13,897 nt of DNA, from assembly GCA_043813605.1 (NCBI GenBank), contig JBDRKX010000086.1, positions 1 to 13,897 of the forward strand, given 5' to 3'. This document shows positions 7,415 through 13,897 of the stretch, piece by piece. The position numbers and the translations under genes were made by a program. The stretch comes from Elusimicrobiota bacterium. GTDB lineage: Bacteria; CG03; SLGR01; JBDRKX01. The notes beneath the pieces are model-generated. The model ran no database searches. It saw only the letters and a list, made by a program, of their open reading frames with translations, and was not told the DNA's origin. How positions within the stretch are numbered: position 1 is the first letter of the stretch; every line of letters begins with the position of its first letter.

Positions 7415-9679
7415 ATGATTGATATAGCACTTTTTGTTATTTTTGTAATACTGCCTTTTTTTCGGGTATTTAACGGTGCATTCCTGCAGAATATACATAA
7501 TCTGATAGCGATTGCAGGTATAGGCGGTGTGGTGGCCGGTATAGTGCTTAATCGCCTCGACGAATATATTGACAGACTTATAAGATACATTATACCGTTA
7601 CTTTTAAGTACTATCGCAGTACATTTCTTCTTGCGTACGTATGATTCAGCACAGATAAAAATAACATTACTTGAAGTCGGCGGTCCCCTGGTACTTATAT
7701 TATGGATTATCAAAAGGATAAACCTTGGCAGTTTTAAAGTCCCTAAATCACGAAGCTATGCGGTTTTACCGGCATTGTTCTTTATCCTGTCGGGCCTGAT
7801 ATCTTTTCTTCTATCGAATTATAAACTTGAGACTTTTGAACCGGGACTGTTAAGAAGAATATCTTATCTGGGTGTTTTTCTTGTAACAGTGGCAGAGTTC
7901 GATACAGAGAAGGATTTCAGGAACATATTCAACTGGATTCTGGCCACTTGTTTTATGGTAGTGATATACGGATATATACAATATCTCGGATATGACTGGC
8001 ATATCTGGAAGGGCGCTTTCGGTGACAGGATATTTTCAACTTTCGGAAACCCGAATTTCTATGCAGCATGGATAGTCCTGCTGTTACCTCTGATATTCGC
8101 AATGGTATTGTTATCTGAAAACCCTGCCAAGAAACTTGGTTATACAGTATTTGCTGCAGCAATACTTTACATGGTATGGGTTACTAACACAAAGGGCAGT
8201 TGGGTCGGTCTTGCAATAGGTACATCGGCTTTTGTTGTTCTCGCTACTCTTTTCCTGATAAAAGGGGACCCCAAGATACTTAAAAGAACGGCTATAGTTA
8301 TTGTCCTTTTTGTCTTTATTGTCGCCGGTGCAGGTGTTATGTGGTTCTCTCATAAAAGAGTCAATTCAATCAGGTTCCGGCTTTTTACATGGGGAGCGAC
8401 ATTGAAGATGATATCTGAGCCGATCTATGTATCCCCATTGAAATCTGTCTTTCTCGGGCATGGTATAGAGACTTTTAAGCTGGTATACCCCTCATACAGA
8501 CGACCGGAGATATTTGTTATAGAAGATAAACATAATACCGAAACAGACCATGCACATAATGAGTTTCTCGAAATTTTATATGATGAAGGATTCCTCGGGT
8601 TGGGTATTTTCCTGTGGCTGCTGGCAAGTATATATTTTGCTGCAATAAAAAGGCTTACACTGCTGGGTATAGGCGGGCCGAGATCTAAAGACCAGTATTA
8701 TTTCATCGGACTTATAGCAGGGGCCCTGGGAATGCTTGCCCATGCGTCCGTGAGCGTTCATGTGAGATTTGTCTCATCAGGCTATATCCTATGGACTTTC
8801 CTGGGGTTTATAGTTGTACATACAGCCCCTGTTAAGTTCAGCAGGGAGAATCCGAGAAAACTTATGGGTCCGACACAGTTTGTTATAACAGCAATTCTAA
8901 TTGCACTTGCTGCCATAAGTTCATATACCGGAGCATGCAGATTCAAGGCAAACATATATCATAATAAGGCGATAGCATATTCAAAGCAGCGGATGTGGAG
9001 CCAGGCTCTGGAATATTACGGGAAAGTACAAAAGAACCATCCGTCATTCATAATGGCTAATTATTTTATAGGGAATGTCTATAATGATATGCTTACAGAA
9101 GCTCTGAGGAATAAGGACAAGGAAGCTGCTGAGACAAATTACAAAAAAGCTGTAGATGCTTACGCAAAAGTGCTTTCAATGTATCCTAATTATGTGCAGG
9201 TTCACTTCCAGGAAGGCATGATGCATCTTAAAGTAGGCAATGAAGAAGAAGCAGAAAAAGCATTCCGGAGATATATCAATATCGTTGACCCGATGTATCC
9301 GTATACATATTACAGGCTGGGAATACTGGCTGCACAGAAAAAAGATCTGCAAAAGGCAGGATGGTATATGGAAGAGGCTATAAAACGCATATTGGCGCGC
9401 CGCAAAAAAAATAATATTAATATGATGCTGCCTGAGGGGTATATGAATCTGGCAAATATATACCTGCTTAAAAACCAGCCGGCGGAGGCGGAAAAGGCGT
9501 ACAAAGAGGCTTTGAAGGTGGATGGAAGGAATACTGATGTCTTGAGAGCGCTGGCGAGCCTTTATGAGAGATGGGGCAGAAAAGATGCGGCCGCGGAGGT
9601 GTACCGCTTTTTGCTCAGATTGAAACCCGACAATAAAAAGTTTAAAGAGCAGCTGAAACAGCTTGGGTTCAGTGAATAG
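7415..9679 (+). CDS. O-antigen ligase/O-oligosaccharyltransferase family protein with C-terminal TPR repeats
   Basis: Polytopic membrane domain with RIFSTFGNPNF, TNTKGSWVG, FRLFTWGATLKMI, FLGHGIETF and HAHNEFLEILYDEGFLG, followed by about 250 aa of TPR repeats (e.g. YMNLANIYLLKNQPAEAEKAYKEALKVDG). Confidence 0.88.
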   Translation: MIDIALFVIFVILPFFRVFNGAFLQNIHNLIAIAGIGGVVAGIVLNRLDEYIDRLIRYIIPLLLSTIAVHFFLRTYDSAQIKITLLEVGGPLVLILWIIKRINLGSFKVPKSRSYAVLPALFFILSGLISFLLSNYKLETFEPGLLRRISYLGVFLVTVAEFDTEKDFRNIFNWILATCFMVVIYGYIQYLGYDWHIWKGAFGDRIFSTFGNPNFYAAWIVLLLPLIFAMVLLSENPAKKLGYTVFAAAILYMVWVTNTKGSWVGLAIGTSAFVVLATLFLIKGDPKILKRTAIVIVLFVFIVAGAGVMWFSHKRVNSIRFRLFTWGATLKMISEPIYVSPLKSVFLGHGIETFKLVYPSYRRPEIFVIEDKHNTETDHAHNEFLEILYDEGFLGLGIFLWLLASIYFAAIKRLTLLGIGGPRSKDQYYFIGLIAGALGMLAHASVSVHVRFVSSGYILWTFLGFIVVHTAPVKFSRENPRKLMGPTQFVITAILIALAAISSYTGACRFKANIYHNKAIAYSKQRMWSQALEYYGKVQKNHPSFIMANYFIGNVYNDMLTEALRNKDKEAAETNYKKAVDAYAKVLSMYPNYVQVHFQEGMMHLKVGNEEEAEKAFRRYINIVDPMYPYTYYRLGILAAQKKDLQKAGWYMEEAIKRILARRKKNNINMMLPEGYMNLANIYLLKNQPAEAEKAYKEALKVDGRNTDVLRALASLYERWGRKDAAAEVYRFLLRLKPDNKKFKEQLKQLGFSE

Positions 9680-11915
9680 ATTAAAGAACCTTTCCTGGAA
9701 TATCTTCCTGCTGGCACTGATTATCTCTCCTCTGTTCTTTTTTACGGATGTCACACGGAATCCTTATCTGGTTCAAGAAAGGATCTTTCAAGTGCTTATT
9801 GTTGCTGCTCTTTTCATGTTGTTGTTTTCACAATACAGCAGTAAGGAGGTTGTACTTCCCCGCACTTTCCTTGATTTGCCGCTATGGTCGTTTGTCGCGG
9901 TATGTATGTTTTCTATAATTATGTCGCTAATATTCTTCAGCGAATACCGCGATTCATTAATGGCGTTTTCCGTAAGACGGATGCTGATGTTCATGTTCAG
10001 CGGAATTATCTGCTTCTATTTCGCCGCCGCTTCGGGAGAGAAGTATTTTATTAAAATACAGAATACTGTTATTGCTGCAGGTTCACTTGCATCTCTCTAT
10101 GCTATTATGCAGTTGGCAGGTGCAGATTTTATATGGTCAAGAACAGTGCAGCCGTATGGACAGAGAAGCATATCTACTTTTGGTAATCCAACATTTCTTT
10201 CTTCATTCCTGCTTGTTGTTAATTTCTGGATCTTCGGCCGGCTCCTGGCAAAAAAATATGCAGGGGTATGGTTTTTATTGCTTCTGATCAATCTTACGGG
10301 CCTTGCAATAACAATGACAAGAAGTACTTTTATAGGTATATTTGCGGGTTTTGTCCTATTGGTCTATTTGCTGGCAAAAAGCCCGATGACTGTTTTTCGT
10401 AAAATAAAAGGTTCAATTTACTTGTTTTTTCTGAGCATGATCTTTATTGCAGCTGTCTTTGCGGTCAGTTCACCGCAATTTGTGAAAAGAGTAAAAGGGA
10501 TCGTAAATGTAGAGAATATGGGATCGGCGCTGACTCAGCGTCTCTTGATCTGGGAATCTTCATTAAATATGTTTATGGACACTCCCGTAATAGGCAGAGG
10601 GTGGGGTAATTTTGAAGTGTTCTATCCGTTTTATCAGGGGGAAATGGTAAAAAAAGAACGTTACCGCAGATTAAGAACACATGCTAATAATTCTCATAAT
10701 TTCCTGTTCGAATTATTGACACAGGTCGGAATAGTAGGCACAGGGGTCTATTTATGGCTTATCGCGGTATATATTTACTCTTCCAGGAGGATATATTCTC
10801 TAGCTGCAGACAAAGACAGGATCCCGGTACTGATATTTACTGTTACCGGACTGGCTTTCTGGATAGACAACATACTGAATGTTTCGCTTTTCTTCCCTAT
10901 GCCGGCAATGGCATTTTGGCTAAATGCGGGACTATTGGCGGCAATAGGAAGAAGATACTCGGGGTTTCCGGTATTTAGTCTTAAAATAAGAAAATCCTAT
11001 CCAGTTCTTATGATATCATTGCTGATATTCGGTATTGCAGTGATCTATTTTAATTATGTTTATTTTTTTTCATCAGTTAATTTTTTCAGGGGCTTTAAAT
11101 ATTCTAAACAAACAGCACTTGGAAAAGCCGAAAAATATCTCATGAAGTGCTACGAGCTGTACCCGTATAATGTCGATAATAATTATGAGCTCGGTAACAT
11201 ATATGCCCGCATGAGCAGAAAGAACAGCAAAATGGTAACCAAGGCCATATGGGCCTATGCTGAAGCAATAAAGGCCAATCCCGGTTATGACGAGATCTAT
11301 TTCAATCTGGGAGTCATGCATATGAATAACGGTAATATTATTGAAGGGGAGAAATATCTTAAAAAAGCTCTGGCCATAAATCCTGTTTCAGCCGACACGT
11401 ATAAGAGTCTTGGTGATCTCAGGGGTCGTCAAAAAAAATACGATGAGGCAATTTATTATTATGAAGAGGCAATAAAAAATGGCAGTGATAATGAAACAAC
11501 TTATAATAATTTCGGATTTTGTAATGAAATGACAGGAAATGACCAAGTAGCTATGGAGAGTTATTTTAAAGCGCTTACAATAAATCCGGAATTTAAGAAT
11601 GCACGGAATAATTTTATACGGCTCAGTGCAAAGAACAGGAAGAAAGGATCCGGACAGGAAACAATCGCTTTATTCCATAAAACCGATATGTTTATCAAAG
11701 AAAAAGACTGGCCTGCGGCTCTTGAATTGATAAGGCAGATACGCAAGATATCTCCGTGGGACCTCAGGGCTCTGCTCTATGAGGGAAATCTTTATTTTAA
11801 GAATCAGGAACCGGTAAAGGCTATTGGAGTATATAGAGTTATACTTGCAATAGACCCGTCTAATATAACAGCGAAGTCGAACTTGGATATTGTAGTGAAG
11901 GCTGCCGGAAAATAA
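9672..11915 (+). CDS. O-antigen ligase/O-oligosaccharyltransferase family protein with C-terminal TPR repeats (paralog of the upstream gene)
   Basis: RSISTFGNPTF, TMTRSTFIG, QRLLIWESSLNMFMDTPVIGRGWGNF and NSHNFLFELLTQVGIVG, followed by TPRs (YFNLGVMHMNNGNIIEGEKYLKKALAINP). Start is GTG 9672 (8-nt overlap with the upstream gene) or TTG 9663. Confidence 0.88.
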   Translation: MNRLKNLSWNIFLLALIISPLFFFTDVTRNPYLVQERIFQVLIVAALFMLLFSQYSSKEVVLPRTFLDLPLWSFVAVCMFSIIMSLIFFSEYRDSLMAFSVRRMLMFMFSGIICFYFAAASGEKYFIKIQNTVIAAGSLASLYAIMQLAGADFIWSRTVQPYGQRSISTFGNPTFLSSFLLVVNFWIFGRLLAKKYAGVWFLLLLINLTGLAITMTRSTFIGIFAGFVLLVYLLAKSPMTVFRKIKGSIYLFFLSMIFIAAVFAVSSPQFVKRVKGIVNVENMGSALTQRLLIWESSLNMFMDTPVIGRGWGNFEVFYPFYQGEMVKKERYRRLRTHANNSHNFLFELLTQVGIVGTGVYLWLIAVYIYSSRRIYSLAADKDRIPVLIFTVTGLAFWIDNILNVSLFFPMPAMAFWLNAGLLAAIGRRYSGFPVFSLKIRKSYPVLMISLLIFGIAVIYFNYVYFFSSVNFFRGFKYSKQTALGKAEKYLMKCYELYPYNVDNNYELGNIYARMSRKNSKMVTKAIWAYAEAIKANPGYDEIYFNLGVMHMNNGNIIEGEKYLKKALAINPVSADTYKSLGDLRGRQKKYDEAIYYYEEAIKNGSDNETTYNNFGFCNEMTGNDQVAMESYFKALTINPEFKNARNNFIRLSAKNRKKGSGQETIALFHKTDMFIKEKDWPAALELIRQIRKISPWDLRALLYEGNLYFKNQEPVKAIGVYRVILAIDPSNITAKSNLDIVVKAAGK

Positions 11916-13597
11916 TGATGAAAAGAGCCTGGATCATCCTTGTAATACTGGCAGTTGCTTCATCTGTTCCATCTTTATTTTACAGGATCTCTTATGAGTC
12001 ATCCGATAAGACTGTAGATATTATTTCCAGTGGGGAAAAGAATTTGTCGGATGGATACGGAGTGCGGATAGCAGAAGAATATACCGTTGAAGAATGGGTT
12101 AGAAAGTCTATGGCAGGCATATGGGCTCCGCCGTCAGCATGCCCGTTTGAGATCGAAGAGAGGGATTCATTGATCCTCATATTCGACAGGCCGAGGCTTT
12201 ATAACAGGGCTTTGGAAGTATTTATGATAAAACTTTCAGGAAGCCGTATTGTTACAAAATGGCATGATGGCCATTATTATATAATGCTGGCTGGGATATG
12301 CTGGGATGATATTAAAGGAATGGGGATGGGGATCCTCGAAAAAGATACAGGGAATAACCGTATAGCTTATGCGATGTTGCTGAATGACAGATGGGTCAAC
12401 CGTGAATATATTGACTGGTGTTTCAGCGGACTGGAAGCGGATGCTCTTATATTCAAAGGCGATGAAGTGCCCGGATATCCTGAAAATACTGATGCCGTTT
12501 CCGTCTGGATCAGAAAGAAAAAAATGAAAGTATGTCTGACAGAATTTAATCATCAGAAAGGTTTTAAGGAAATTGTGCGCGGTAACAGAGTGGTACGGTT
12601 TCACAGGGTTCCTGAAAAGCTTACATCTGAAACAGTCGTCAGGCGTGTAATGAGAGCGGTGCGGGAACGCGGAATAAGAGCGGTTTATATTGGAGAGTAT
12701 GCTTGTTCGGAAAAGATTAGTAAGCAGCTGGTTTCTGCCGGCTTTATTGCAGGTGTGCCGGCCGGCTGTGATATTAGTAAAGAGCCGGAATTACCGTTAT
12801 TTTTTACTCTTATTGCAGGATTGTCGGGATTAGCGTTAATGACGGGTAGAAGAAGACTGATTATTGCGTCAGCCGCAGTCATGCTGATATCACTCCTCAT
12901 TTCCGGTACTGCTCTTAACGTACTAGCAATTATATGTGCAGTCTCTTTTCCCCTGGCAGCTACATGGATAGTGATCGAGCAAAAATACTCTGTACCAAAA
13001 AATATTGTTATTTATCTATTGATGTCGATAACGGCCGGCATACTGTTAAGTTCTTCTTATTCTATTCCGTCATATATGGTTAAATTAGAAGAGATAAGGG
13101 GTGTCAAAGCCGCATTGCTGTTGCCGATCATATTAAGTATTCCGCTTGTATTCAGAGGGTGGTCAGGTTTTTCGGCAAAGAAAGTTACACTAGGCGGATT
13201 AATGCTGTTCTTTTTGGCGGTATGCATTGCTATGGTATATATACTGCGCAGTTCAAACCTTCAGGCAGGATTAGTAAGTATTCTTGAAATAAAATTCCGG
13301 TTATTTTTGGAAGATATGTTTGTAATAAGGCCAAGATTTAAGGAATTCCTTATCGGGCATCCGTTTCTTATAACCGGTTTATATCTGTATATAAAGGATA
13401 GAGTTCCAAAAGGTATTGCTCAGTTTTTTATAATAATAGGTCTTGTCGGCCAGGTCTCGGTAATAAATTCTTTTATGCATATTCACACACCGTTTGCATT
13501 GACTCTTTTGAGGACTTTATGGGGACTTGTATTGGGGATACCGCTGGGTTTGATGATGATCCTGATTGTGAGATTATGGCTAAAACGGACAGAATAG
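11915..13597 (+). CDS. DUF5693-family membrane protein
   Basis: N-terminal TM, soluble domain (IFKGDEVPGYP, EFNHQKG, RAVRERGIR) and C-terminal TM domain with RGVK, YILRSSN, RPRFKEFLIGHP and GQVSVINSFMHIHTP. TAATG stop/start overlap with the upstream gene. Position directly before csaB is typical of this family. Confidence 0.8.
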   Translation: MMKRAWIILVILAVASSVPSLFYRISYESSDKTVDIISSGEKNLSDGYGVRIAEEYTVEEWVRKSMAGIWAPPSACPFEIEERDSLILIFDRPRLYNRALEVFMIKLSGSRIVTKWHDGHYYIMLAGICWDDIKGMGMGILEKDTGNNRIAYAMLLNDRWVNREYIDWCFSGLEADALIFKGDEVPGYPENTDAVSVWIRKKKMKVCLTEFNHQKGFKEIVRGNRVVRFHRVPEKLTSETVVRRVMRAVRERGIRAVYIGEYACSEKISKQLVSAGFIAGVPAGCDISKEPELPLFFTLIAGLSGLALMTGRRRLIIASAAVMLISLLISGTALNVLAIICAVSFPLAATWIVIEQKYSVPKNIVIYLLMSITAGILLSSSYSIPSYMVKLEEIRGVKAALLLPIILSIPLVFRGWSGFSAKKVTLGGLMLFFLAVCIAMVYILRSSNLQAGLVSILEIKFRLFLEDMFVIRPRFKEFLIGHPFLITGLYLYIKDRVPKGIAQFFIIIGLVGQVSVINSFMHIHTPFALTLLRTLWGLVLGIPLGLMMILIVRLWLKRTE

Positions 13598-13897
13598 TAT
13601 TAGCGGGATACTATGGATACAGCAATGCCGGCGACGAACTTATATTAAAAAGTCTCCTGAAAGGAGTAAAGCAATACATACCTTATACTGAGATAATAGT
13701 GCTCTGCAGGCGCGGGGGAGACAGATATGAGAATACTTCATCAGTTAAATATATTGACAGGTACGATCCTGTTTCAATAATAAAAGCATTGGCGTGTTCT
13801 CATACGCTGGTCATGGGCGGGGGGAGCCTTATTCAGGATGTTTCGGGCATTTTTACTATATATTATTATTTGATACTTATGGCAGTATCCAAGGTCA
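13576..13897 (+). CDS. csaB: Polysaccharide pyruvyl transferase, CsaB type (3'-partial)
   Basis: Translated by hand: MAKTDRIVLAGYYGYSNAGDELILKSLL...IDRYDPVSIIKALACSHTLVMGGGSLIQDVSGIFTIYYYLILM. It carries the GYYG..N.GDE and GGGSL.QD.S....YY signatures, overlaps the DUF5693 gene by 22 nt and is open to the window end. Absent from the ORF track. Confidence 0.9.
   Translation, partial: MAKTDRIVLAGYYGYSNAGDELILKSLLKGVKQYIPYTEIIVLCRRGGDRYENTSSVKYIDRYDPVSIIKALACSHTLVMGGGSLIQDVSGIFTIYYYLILMAVSKV

Noticed and set aside
5900..11440. A/T homopolymer runs of about 7-9 nt in the ligase genes as phase-variation tracts
   Set aside because: Expected in AT-rich Lys/Phe-rich coding sequence, and all reading frames are intact.
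304..12900. Numerous 61-192 aa antisense or alternate-frame ORFs in the ORF track
   Set aside because: They lie within or across well-supported genes and show no recognisable motifs, so they are treated as shadow ORFs.

Overview
Bacterial cell-envelope and signalling region from a probably diderm organism, since it encodes two outer-membrane beta-barrel-like proteins. An Elusimicrobiota-like or other candidate lineage is plausible from gene content but unproven. Left to right: the 3' end and right terminal repeat of a probable IS4-family element; a HEAT-repeat exported or lipo-protein; a PAS + HD-GYP phosphodiesterase gene interrupted by two mutually compensating frameshifts; a secreted Ig-like + 7-bladed beta-propeller protein; a small beta-barrel protein; and a divergent O-antigen-ligase-like gene on the minus strand. 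A near-consensus sigma70 promoter then precedes tRNA-Thr(CGT), which runs directly into a tightly coupled operon. The operon encodes a PorV/PorQ-family barrel, two paralogous O-antigen-ligase/O-oligosaccharyltransferase + TPR proteins, a DUF5693-like membrane protein and a CsaB-type polysaccharide pyruvyl transferase (truncated by the window edge and absent from the ORF track). This operon is the most interesting element, as it may represent an undescribed surface glycosylation or anchoring system. All family calls come from motif recognition by eye; no searches were run.
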